From Syntrophaceae bacterium UBA2251 (GTDB taxonomy: Bacteria; Desulfobacterota; Syntrophia; Syntrophales; UBA2251), in contig DDXV01000003.1 in NCBI GenBank assembly GCA_002347815.1, positions 25,336-89,335 of the forward strand: a stretch of 64,000 nt of DNA, given 5' to 3'. Positions 10,676 to 20,989 of the stretch are shown one piece after another. The notes beneath the pieces were generated by a model. That model had not been told where the DNA came from. It was given only the letters and a program-made list of their open reading frames with translations, and searched no databases. Every line of letters starts with the position of its first letter. Within the stretch, counting starts at the first letter, position 1. A program made the position numbers and the translations under genes.

Positions 10676-12649
10676 ATGGGGGAGTGGTTCATGATGACGT
10701 TTGTCAGGAGAGGTGTGGTTTCGTGTCTGGGTTTGTTCATCGCCATGCAGTTGACGCTGGGGGCCCCTTCGGTCGCAGCCGAAGCCAGCACACCGGCCCC
10801 GGCCAGCCGCCCGGCGGAGACCGGGGGGAAGGCCGCCATCCTCTCGGAAAACGTCTTGCCGTCTTCCGGCGCGAATGTCGCCGGACACCCAGCCAGGGCG
10901 GCCCGTCTCAAGGGCGGCGCCCCTGCATCTGAGGGCAACGACGATAAGAACGACCCGCAAAAGATCGAAGACGAGGAACGCGATATCATGGAAGAGGCCC
11001 TCGCGCTCCTCGAGGAGTCGAACGCCCATTGGCAGAAGGGGGACCTGGAAAATGCCCAGAACCTGCTCGATGAGGCCTACGCCCTGATCATCGAAACCGA
11101 CGGCGATACGGACATTTCACGACAGAAAGACGATCTTCGCCTCCTTATCGCCAAGCGCATTCTTGCGGTCTACAGCGCCAAGCAAAACGTCACCGCCGGG
11201 AAGCGCAGCGAAATCCCCATGCGCATCAACGAGGACGTTGAAAAGGAGATCCGCCTGTTTCAAAGCGTCGAGCGGGACTTTTTCATCTCCTCCTATCAGC
11301 GATCCTTCAAGTACCGTCCGATCATCGTGCGGGAGCTCAAGAAGGCGGGCATTCCCGAGGAACTGTCCTGGCTGCCGCTCGTAGAGAGCGGCTTCAAGGT
11401 ATCCGCCCTCTCGCGGGCGCGGGCCCTGGGGCTCTGGCAGTTTATCCCTTCGACCGGTTACAAATACGAGCTCAACCGAGACGAATGGATCGACGAGCGC
11501 ATGGACATCGAGAAATCGACGCACGCAGCCATCAGCTATCTCAAGGATCTTCATGGCATGTTCGGCGATTGGCTGACCGTCCTGGCCGCCTACAACTGCG
11601 GCGAGGGGCGCGTGCTGCGCGTCATTTCACGCCAGCACGTCAATTATTTTGACCGGTTCTGGGATCTTTACCACCAGTTGCCCTATGAGACGGCCCGTTA
11701 CGTTCCCCGCTTTCTGGCCACGCTGGCCATCATCAAAGACCCCCAAAAATACGGGATGGACCTGGGATCCCCCTCTCCGAACGAAGACCTCAGCACGTAT
11801 GAGATCGTCAAAACGAACCGCTCAATGCGCCTGAGCGACATCGCCACCCGCATCGAACAACCGGAGGAACTTCTCGTCTGTCTGAACGCGGAACTGCGCC
11901 ACCGGGCGACGCCGCCCCGCGAATACGCCCTGAGGGTGCCCCTGGAAATGGCGGAAAAGTTCGTCAATATCGAAGGGGAGATTCCGGCGTGGGAAGAGCC
12001 GAAACCCACGGTGGTCGTCAAGAAATCCATCACGATCCGGCATCGCGTCAAGCGGGGGGAGACGGTGGCCAGCCTGGCCAGAAAGTATCGGACCTCCGCC
12101 AGCGCCATCCGTTCCTTCAACCGTCTCTCGTCGAAGAAGCGATTGCGGGCCGGACGTATCGTTCAGATCCCGATCCCGAGCTATCGCTACGAAAAAATCC
12201 AGGCGGCTTCAGCTGACAAGAACGGCGATCGTTCCCGCGGCACGGGCAAGACCCTGACGCATCGGATCCGCCGGGGAGAGACCCTTTCTTCCGTCGCCAG
12301 GCGCTATGGGGTATCCGTGAGCGATCTCAAACGCACGAACCTCCTGCGCTCCAATACGGTCAAGACCGGACAGGTCCTCCGGATCGTCGGGAGGGTCGGG
12401 GGGGAAGAGCCGGGCACGCCCGGCGAAGGGGGGCGCTCCGTTGCCACGCAGAGCGCGCGAAAAAAGAGCCCGGGGAAGTCGACCGGCCGGAACGTCCACC
12501 GGGCCACGAAGACCTATATCGTCAAAAAGGGCGATACGCTGACGAAAATCGCCCTGAAGAACCGTACGACCCTCAAGGCCCTGAAGGAAATGAACGGGCT
12601 CGGTGAGCAAGGCCGCATCCACCCGGGACAATCGATCGTGCTGGAATAG
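10676..12649 (+). CDS. membrane-bound lytic murein transglycosylase (SLT domain) with three C-terminal LysM repeats, MltD-like
   Basis: Signal-peptide-like N-terminus. SLT catalytic region LPLVESGF...GLWQFIPSTG. Three LysM-like repeats (HRVKRGETVASLARKY, HRIRRGETLSSVARRY, YIVKKGDTLTKIALKN). Start may be ATG 10691. Confidence 0.85.
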   Translation: MGEWFMMTFVRRGVVSCLGLFIAMQLTLGAPSVAAEASTPAPASRPAETGGKAAILSENVLPSSGANVAGHPARAARLKGGAPASEGNDDKNDPQKIEDEERDIMEEALALLEESNAHWQKGDLENAQNLLDEAYALIIETDGDTDISRQKDDLRLLIAKRILAVYSAKQNVTAGKRSEIPMRINEDVEKEIRLFQSVERDFFISSYQRSFKYRPIIVRELKKAGIPEELSWLPLVESGFKVSALSRARALGLWQFIPSTGYKYELNRDEWIDERMDIEKSTHAAISYLKDLHGMFGDWLTVLAAYNCGEGRVLRVISRQHVNYFDRFWDLYHQLPYETARYVPRFLATLAIIKDPQKYGMDLGSPSPNEDLSTYEIVKTNRSMRLSDIATRIEQPEELLVCLNAELRHRATPPREYALRVPLEMAEKFVNIEGEIPAWEEPKPTVVVKKSITIRHRVKRGETVASLARKYRTSASAIRSFNRLSSKKRLRAGRIVQIPIPSYRYEKIQAASADKNGDRSRGTGKTLTHRIRRGETLSSVARRYGVSVSDLKRTNLLRSNTVKTGQVLRIVGRVGGEEPGTPGEGGRSVATQSARKKSPGKSTGRNVHRATKTYIVKKGDTLTKIALKNRTTLKALKEMNGLGEQGRIHPGQSIVLE

Positions 12650-12661
12650 GCACGCCGCCCG

Positions 12662-13114
12662 TCACTGAATCTCATACCCCTTGAGTTTGCGAAAGATCCG
12701 CTGTTCCAGGGCCTTCATTTCCCGGGCTTTCGTCGCAGAGACCCCTTCGTGATCGAACCCCAGCAGGTGAAGCAGCCCGTGAATCAGGAGAAAATCCAGC
12801 TCGTCCGTGAACTTTATCTTTGCCCGTCGCGCATCCGACCCGGCCCTCTCGACCGAGACGACGATGTCCCCGAGCAGGGAAGGGTTGAGCGCGCCGTCTT
12901 CCCCCTCCTGGATCGCGAACGACATGACATTGGTCGGCCGATCGCGGCCCAGATAATCTCGGTTGATGGTCTGAATGCCGGCGTCGTCAACGAGAAGCAC
13001 GCTGACCTCCTGTTCGGCGCAGCCGAGCAGGGCCATCACCTCCGTCAGGATTCTCCGTATTCTGACCCGATTGACGCGGCGTACAGTCTGCCTGTTTTCG
13101 ATCAGGACCGGCAC
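12662..13114 (-). CDS. ybeY: rRNA maturation endoribonuclease YbeY
   Basis: 150 aa with the zinc motif HGLLHLLGFDH. Confidence 0.93.
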   Translation of the reverse strand: MPVLIENRQTVRRVNRVRIRRILTEVMALLGCAEQEVSVLLVDDAGIQTINRDYLGRDRPTNVMSFAIQEGEDGALNPSLLGDIVVSVERAGSDARRAKIKFTDELDFLLIHGLLHLLGFDHEGVSATKAREMKALEQRIFRKLKGYEIQ

Positions 13115-13170
13115 AGTCGGCCCTCCCTATTCCCCGTATAGACCCTCATCGGGATGCCCCTCACCGCAAT

Positions 13171-14166
13171 TTAACGTCCGTTGGAGCGAGGGTCCGTTCC
13201 ATTGGTCCTCTGGTAGGCGCGGATAACCTCTTGAACCAGCGGGTGCCGCACCACATCCAGCTCTGAAAAATGGACGACGCGGATCCCCTGCACGCTCCGG
13301 AGCAGCGTTTCGGCTTCGACGAGTCCGGATTTGATCTCCTGGGGGAGATCGATCTGCGTGATGTCGCCCGTAATCACCGCCTTGGAACCCAGTCCGAGAC
13401 GGGTCAGGAACATCTTCATCTGCTCCGAAGTCGTGTTCTGGGCCTCATCGAGGATGACGAAGGCGTCGTTAAGGGTTCGACCCCGCATGAAAGCCAGGGG
13501 CGCGACCTCGATGGTCCCCTTGTGGATCAACGCCGAGGCGCGGTCGAAATCCATCATGTCGAAAAGGGCATCGTACAACGGACGCAGATAGGGGTTCACC
13601 TTCTCCGCCAGATCGCCGGGCAGGAAACCCAGTTTTTCGCCCGCCTCCACGGCCGGACGCGTCAGAACGATGCGGTGGACCTTCTTGTCCTGCAGCGCGG
13701 CGACGGCCACGGCCATGGCCAGATACGTTTTCCCGGTGCCGGCCGGTCCGATGGCGAAGACCATATCGCAGGCGCGAATGGCGTCGATATAGCGCTTCTG
13801 GGCGATGCTTTTGGGCGTGATGGCCCGTTTCTTAGAGGAAATGAAGACGGTATCGAGGAAGATCTTTTCCAGGTCCGTCTGGCGGTTTTCCGACAGGATG
13901 CGGTGGGCGTGAAGAATGTCCTGGGGATAGATCGGAAACCCCTTGCGGGCGAGGGAGTACAGTTGGAGCAAAAGAGAGCGAACCAATTCGACGTCGGGGG
14001 CGCTGCCGTCGATGGAGAGCTGATTCCCCCGCAGGGACATCTTGACCGGCGTCAGGCGCTCGACCTGACGGACGTGGCCATCCTGTTCGCCCAACAGGAC
14101 CTTCAGGGTGGTGTTGTCGTCGAAGGTGAGTTTCTCGGTCACGGATTGCATGAACAAGGGCTCCAA
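13171..14166 (-). CDS. phoH: PhoH-like ATPase (YbeZ)
   Basis: 331 aa. Walker A GPAGTGKTY. Also ILDEAQN and ITGDITQIDLP. Immediately upstream of ybeY, as is usual. Confidence 0.93.
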   Translation of the reverse strand: MEPLFMQSVTEKLTFDDNTTLKVLLGEQDGHVRQVERLTPVKMSLRGNQLSIDGSAPDVELVRSLLLQLYSLARKGFPIYPQDILHAHRILSENRQTDLEKIFLDTVFISSKKRAITPKSIAQKRYIDAIRACDMVFAIGPAGTGKTYLAMAVAVAALQDKKVHRIVLTRPAVEAGEKLGFLPGDLAEKVNPYLRPLYDALFDMMDFDRASALIHKGTIEVAPLAFMRGRTLNDAFVILDEAQNTTSEQMKMFLTRLGLGSKAVITGDITQIDLPQEIKSGLVEAETLLRSVQGIRVVHFSELDVVRHPLVQEVIRAYQRTNGTDPRSNGR

Positions 14167-14171
14167 AGGGT

Positions 14172-15413
14172 TCAGATGGGGTTCAGGCCCAGATGGGCAA
14201 AGACCTTTGCATTGCCGATCATGTTGCTGATGAGGCAGTTTTCGTTGGGCTGGTGGGCGGTCTCGTTCTGCCGGGACCAGACGGCCACGGGATATCCCTC
14301 CTGCCGCATCAGTGCGGCCACCGTTCCCGCGCCGATACCCATGGGCTTCGCTTGGAGGCCGTACACGCGGCGGATGGCTTCCCGAAGGGCGGAGACGACC
14401 GGGGCATCGGCGGGTGTCGGCGGCGGTGCGGGAACGGACTGCACGGCTTCGATGACGATACGCACCTGATGAACCCGCTCGATATCGTCGGCGAGAGCCC
14501 GGATTGCCTCGAAGACGCGCTGGAGAGGATAGTCGGGCAGAACACGGGCGTCCAGGTAAAAGACGTCGTCGCCCGGAATCGTATTGACGTTCGGAACGTT
14601 GGCATCCCTGCGGGTGGGTTCGAAGGTGCTTTCCTGAGGCTCGTACAGGGGATCCCGCAACGGAAACAGCTCATAGAGCTCCCGGAGCCTGACGACGAGG
14701 TGAGCCGCGGCCGCGAAGGCATTGCGCCCGAGGTCGGGACGGCTGCCGTGGCACTGCCGTCCCGTCGTTCGGAAGCGGAGCCAGTAGAGGCTCTTTTCCG
14801 CGATTTCGATGGCGGTCCCCTGCGCATCACCGAAATCCGGAACGACAATCAGGGCGTCTTTCCGGAAAACCGGATCGACCCGGGCGAGCAGGTGCCGAAC
14901 GCCGAAACGACTGGAGGTCTCTTCGTCCGAAACCAGGGCGAGCCCCAGGTTATATTCCGGCCGGACCCCCAGCTCGCAAAAGGCGCGCAGCGCGAAGATG
15001 GAGGCAACAAGATCCTGCTGGTTGTCCTCCGTTCCCCGCCCGTAAATGCGGCCGTCTCGGACTTCGGCGCGATACGGGTCGCTCAACCAGAGGGAAGTTT
15101 CCCCCGGAGGGACGACATCCATATGCGTGAGGATCCAGAGGGTCTTGCCCGGATGGTGTCCGGGAAGACGGACGAGGATGTTCGGACGCAGGCCGGACGA
15201 CACGCGCGGATCGGGTGCCGGGAGGGTCTCGATGTCGGTCAATCCGAGGCGCTGCAGGGACTTCTGAAGATAGAGGGCCTTTTGAAATTCGCCATCCCCG
15301 CCGTTGTCCGGGGAAAGCGCCGGATAGGAACACAGATCGATCTGCATCTGAACCATTTCGGGTTCGTACCGCTCGATCCGATCCGCAAGGCGTTTGAATG
15401 TCTTGAGGTTCAT
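14172..15413 (-). CDS. M20-family metallopeptidase (ArgE/DapE-like deacylase)
   Basis: 413 aa. Contains LTHMDVVPPG, GRGTEDNQQD and VSDEETS metal-ligand motifs typical of M20 enzymes. Substrate cannot be assigned. Confidence 0.8.
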   Translation of the reverse strand: MNLKTFKRLADRIERYEPEMVQMQIDLCSYPALSPDNGGDGEFQKALYLQKSLQRLGLTDIETLPAPDPRVSSGLRPNILVRLPGHHPGKTLWILTHMDVVPPGETSLWLSDPYRAEVRDGRIYGRGTEDNQQDLVASIFALRAFCELGVRPEYNLGLALVSDEETSSRFGVRHLLARVDPVFRKDALIVVPDFGDAQGTAIEIAEKSLYWLRFRTTGRQCHGSRPDLGRNAFAAAAHLVVRLRELYELFPLRDPLYEPQESTFEPTRRDANVPNVNTIPGDDVFYLDARVLPDYPLQRVFEAIRALADDIERVHQVRIVIEAVQSVPAPPPTPADAPVVSALREAIRRVYGLQAKPMGIGAGTVAALMRQEGYPVAVWSRQNETAHQPNENCLISNMIGNAKVFAHLGLNPI

Positions 15414-15417
15414 GGTT

Positions 15418-15660
15418 TCATCGTTTGCGCCAGGCGAGGTACACCTGAACCGAGGGGGAAATCATCCCGACCATGCTGATCAGAATGATGAGGGAGGATG
15501 AGAAAAAGGCCATGACAAATTCGAGGGGATTTTCCAGGTGGTACGTTCGGACCATGACGTAGATGCCGAACAGAAGAAACAGGCTGGAAACCAGAAAAAG
15601 GGCGAACGGCCTGCACCAGCGTACAATGGAAAATGCACTCATGAAATGGATATCCTTCAC
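15418..15660 (-). CDS. small hydrophobic protein (two predicted TM helices)
   Basis: 74-80 aa ORF wedged between the radical SAM gene and the M20 gene. Very hydrophobic (FALFLVSSLFLLFGIYVMV, FFSSSLIILISMVGMI). The likely start is ATG 15642, with AAGGA upstream. No homology recognised. Confidence 0.45.
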   Translation of the reverse strand: MKDIHFMSAFSIVRWCRPFALFLVSSLFLLFGIYVMVRTYHLENPLEFVMAFFSSSLIILISMVGMISPSVQVYLAWRKR

Positions 15661-15687
15661 GATCCGTCAACGTCAACGCAGCGCAGT

Positions 15688-17073
15688 CTAACGGTTATCG
15701 CCGGAAGAATCAAGCAGTTTCATCGGGGGGGGGGGCATCCGTGTCTTTAACTTGAGCTCTCTGTACGCCCGCTCGGAAAGGGTATAGCCCCCGCAGGGAA
15801 GCAGCGTGTTGTTATGGCAGAGCGGTTCGTTCCCGAGATCGCAGGGGGAGGCCCGAAGGGCTTCCGGCCAAAGCGCGGTTCCCGGAATGGGAGAATATTC
15901 GGCCAGAACGGGTCTGGCCCCCAGGGACTGGACGAAGCGAATGCTTCCGTCGATCTCTTCGGCCGTCTGGCCGGGCAGCCCGCAGAGGAGGTAGACCCCG
16001 ATATCGGACGCTTCATAACCCGCTTCGCACAGATACCGAACGGCCGCGATGAGATGATCGTTGTTGACTTTTCCGCCGGTCGCCGCCTGACGGTCGGGGT
16101 CGACTGTTTCAAACCCGAATCTGAGCGTCCGGAATCCGGCCCGGAACAGCATCCGCGCCAGGTATGGGGTGATGTGCCGAAGGTGAAGTCCGTTCGGACA
16201 GTGGAACGAGAGGTTCGCATGACGACGGACGATGGCGTCGAGCAGGGGCAGGGCCAGGGAAGGGGGATCCACGAGAAAGGCGTCGTCATAGATTGAAAAA
16301 TGTCGAACCCCGAAGCGGTCGTGCCAGTCGAAGATCTCCTCGGCGACCCGATGCGGATGACGTCGCTGAAATCTCGGGTGCAGGCGACTCGATGCGCAGT
16401 AAGAGCAACGAAAGGGACAGCCTCGCGAGGTAAGCAAGGGGAGTTGATCCAGCCGGCCCAGGAGATCGAAGGCCGGACGGGGATAACTGTCCAGGTCCTC
16501 GAAATCGGGGAGGACGCGAGGGCGATCGTCGAAGTAGGTTCAAATGATCTCCGAAAAATGCCGTTCGCCCGGACCGGCAAAAATCCTGTCGGCCCCGGAT
16601 TGTCCGGCATGGTCAGGGCAGAGGGTGACGTAGTTGCCTCCCAGGAGGATGGGAATGCCGGGCAGCGACTCGCGGAGGAGGCGGATGGCCGCAAATGCGC
16701 CGGGGTACCAGTAGGTCATCATGCAGGTCACCAGAACCATGTCCGGGGCGGAAATCGAGAGGAGTTTTCGACGGAAAAGGCTCGGCGGGATGCCGTACCG
16801 ATAATACCGTCTCGGGAAGGTGTAAAGGGGCGGCGGCTTTTCGATGGCCTCTTTGGGAAAATGTCCCGTTCCGTGCTCCGTACGCCGCGTTTTCCGGTGT
16901 GTCTGATCCGTGAAATCGTGATCGATTAGACAGTCCAGATAACTGACCGCGTAACCGTTCGCACGAAAGAGCGCGGCGAGAGAGAGCAGCCCCAGGGGCT
17001 TCATCCAGAAGTCGAAGGCGGCGAAGTCGTAAATCCAGGGCGTGACGAACAGAATGTGTTTCCGGTGTTTCAT
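15688..17073 (-). pseudogene. B12-binding-domain radical SAM protein interrupted by one in-frame TGA (16537-16539)
   Basis: ORF 17073-16540 looks like an N-terminal B12-binding domain (ILFVTPW..., VLVTCMMTYWYP, PILLGGNYVT). ORF 16437-15688 has the CPFRCSYC radical SAM cluster. The 102 nt between them are open and in the same frame: ...HFSEII*TYFDDRPRVLPDFEDLDSYPRPAFDLLGRLDQLPLLTSRGCPFRCSYC. Confidence 0.7.
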
Positions 17074-17141
17074 GCGTAGACGGTATCATAGACGATCGCC
17101 CGGGGCAAACGAAAACGCGGTGCGGCGCGAAATGACCAAAA

Positions 17142-17165
17142 ATGATATTATACATGATATTATAC
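17142..17165. repeat. perfect tandem direct repeat, ATGATATTATAC x2
   Basis: Read directly in the AT-rich divergent intergenic region (17142-17153 and 17154-17165). Confidence 0.9.
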
Positions 17166-17182
17166 AGTACAAGTATTTTGAT

Positions 17183-17215
17183 CTAGAGATAATAATATAA
17201 AATGATTATCTATAG
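17183..17215. repeat. 11-bp inverted repeat CTAGAGATAAT / ATTATCTATAG (1 mismatch), 11-nt spacer
   Basis: Read directly. Candidate operator in the divergent promoter region. Confidence 0.8.
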
Positions 17216-17224
17216 ATTTACCCC

Positions 17225-17256
17225 TTGACTTGGACGTTATCTTGTTTCATGATACT
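17225..17256 (+). promoter_or_regulatory. candidate promoter of the MerR-like gene
   Basis: TTGACT (17225-17230), then either a 17-nt spacer to CATGAT or a 20-nt spacer to GATACT (17251-17256). Followed by SD GGGAGGGAG and ATG 17303. Confidence 0.3.
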
Positions 17257-17302
17257 CAATAGAGGGTGTATCATTGGAACGAAGCGTCGGGAGGGAGACG
17301 GT

Positions 17303-18517
17303 CGGATGCGATCCGGGAACCCGGTCCTCGAGAATGTGATCAGTAGTGTCGATCTCATAAAAATTACCGGTATATCGAGAGCGACCTTGAATAATTACAT
17401 AAAACTTGGACTGTTGCCAAAACCCATCGTCGGCAAGCCTCGCGATCCGGACATGCGCGCCCGCCAGGTCGGATATTTCCCCTCGGACGTCCTGTCGACC
17501 CTGGAGCAGATTCACACCCTTAAGAAAACCGGCAAGACCATACCGGAAATCTCGGCGAGACTCGGCGTGGTTTCCTCGCCGCCGAAGCCTATCGCGCCCC
17601 GAACGGTTCGCCGAACCGCCCAGCCGCCGGAAGAGCTTCCGACAACCCATGCCCTTCAGGCGGCGCTCTTCCCCGAAATGTCCGAGACCTCCGAACCCTC
17701 TGAACGGGACAGTCTTCGTTTCCCGGGGTCTCAGGGTGTCGGGGCGCCGGCAAGACCCTCGCCCCCCCAATGGACATCCTTTGTCATCCTGTCCGCCCGC
17801 ATCCACGATTTGCCGCGGCTGCGTGCGGAACTGCCGCCGGAAGAATTCATTGAATTTTTTCGACAGTTCCGGATAGACGTGGATGACGCAGCTCAACGCG
17901 CACGGATGACGCACGTCACCTATTCCCAAGGCGGACTTCTATGTTATTTTATTCAGGGCGAAGGCAATCGCTATCTCCTCGACGCGATTCGCTTTTCGTT
18001 GGAGCTGCGACGGATCGCCCGGAATTTGAATGCGGCGTGGAAGCGTAGAAAAGGATGGGGGAACCGCCTGTTCGTGAACATCGGCGTCGTCGACGGCTCT
18101 GATTGGGTCGCGCGGGTCGTGGCTGGTTCTAAAAAGGATCTCTGCGTCTCCGGGTCTGGGGTTGAACAGGCGCTGCGCCTGTGCGATTTTGCACGCTTCG
18201 GGTCGATCTGGACGACGAAAACCCTCCTGAGCCGCATCGGGCCCGCCGACAGAGAAGGCTTACGGTACGGCATCCGGTCGCAAGGCGTTTCGGGGGAGGT
18301 CTGGACGGAACAGGTGTATGCCCGAATCCTGGATCTGTTTTCGCCCGGCGATGCAACTATCGAAATATATCAGGATATTGCATCACTTCCCATCACGGAA
18401 ATCATCGGAGAAGGGACGCCTCCGGCTGAAAATTCCGGCATCCGCCATACACGGATAAAAGACTTGCCGTCCTCGACGATTATTGATAGTAAGGCAAATG
18501 ACAGGATGCAACCATGA
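17303..18517 (+). CDS. MerR-type HTH regulator fused to a degenerate class III nucleotidyl-cyclase homology domain
   Basis: N-terminus SVDLIKITGISRATLNNYIKLGLLP...FPSDVLSTLEQIHTLKKTGKTIPEI is MerR-like. A Pro/Ser-rich linker follows. The C-terminal half follows the cyclase-homology pattern (FVILSARIHDL...PPEEFIEFFRQF...LFVNIGVVDGSDWVARVVAGSKKDLCVSGSGVEQALRLCDFARFGSIWTT), but both metal-binding Asp positions appear substituted. Start chosen at ATG 17303 behind a strong SD. Confidence 0.7.
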   Translation, partial: RMRSGNPVLENVISSVDLIKITGISRATLNNYIKLGLLPKPIVGKPRDPDMRARQVGYFPSDVLSTLEQIHTLKKTGKTIPEISARLGVVSSPPKPIAPRTVRRTAQPPEELPTTHALQAALFPEMSETSEPSERDSLRFPGSQGVGAPARPSPPQWTSFVILSARIHDLPRLRAELPPEEFIEFFRQFRIDVDDAAQRARMTHVTYSQGGLLCYFIQGEGNRYLLDAIRFSLELRRIARNLNAAWKRRKGWGNRLFVNIGVVDGSDWVARVVAGSKKDLCVSGSGVEQALRLCDFARFGSIWTTKTLLSRIGPADREGLRYGIRSQGVSGEVWTEQVYARILDLFSPGDATIEIYQDIASLPITEIIGEGTPPAENSGIRHTRIKDLPSSTIIDSKANDRMQP

Positions 18518-18969
18518 GGGCAGTCGTCCAACGCATCGATCGCTCCCGCGTCGGGGTCGATGGCGCGATTTTATCCGAAATCGGCAAGGGTGTTTTGGTC
18601 TTCCTCGGGATTGAAAAGGGGGACGGGGAGAAGGATGCAGAATACCTCTTCCACAAAATCCTCCATCTGCGCCTCTTCGATGACGCCGAAGGCAAGATGA
18701 ATCTTTCCCTGGAGGACATCAAGGGAGAGATGATGGTCATTTCCCAGTTCACCCTGCTTGCCGACTGCCGCAAGGGGAGGCGTCCCTCATTCATCGCGGC
18801 CGAGGATCCGGCGCCGGCCCGCCTCCTCTATGAGTATTTCATCCGCATCGGACGGGACCGGCTCGGGCGGATCGGATCCGGACAATTTCAGGCCATGATG
18901 AAGATCGATTCCGTCAATGATGGCCCGGTCACCCTCGTCCTGGACAGCCGGGGGGCGTGGAGGACTTAG
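18514..18969 (+). CDS. dtd: D-aminoacyl-tRNA deacylase
   Basis: 151 aa. MRAVVQRI...VLVFLGIEKGD...ISQFTL...GRRPSF signature. The ATG overlaps the upstream stop (ATGA). Confidence 0.93.
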   Translation: MRAVVQRIDRSRVGVDGAILSEIGKGVLVFLGIEKGDGEKDAEYLFHKILHLRLFDDAEGKMNLSLEDIKGEMMVISQFTLLADCRKGRRPSFIAAEDPAPARLLYEYFIRIGRDRLGRIGSGQFQAMMKIDSVNDGPVTLVLDSRGAWRT

Positions 18970-18975
18970 CGAACC

Positions 18976-20930
<1,955 letters not shown>

Positions 20931-20989
20931 CGCCCCGCGGCCCTTGAAATTCTGGACGGCCTCCGGGGAGGCAGAGGGTCCCGCATGCC

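Noticed and set aside
16537-16539. Selenocysteine codon in the radical SAM gene
   Set aside because: Kept only as a low-probability alternative. The TGA lies in a linker-like stretch (SEII-x-TYFDD) with no partner Cys or redox motif. The downstream hairpin is short and not obviously SECIS-like.
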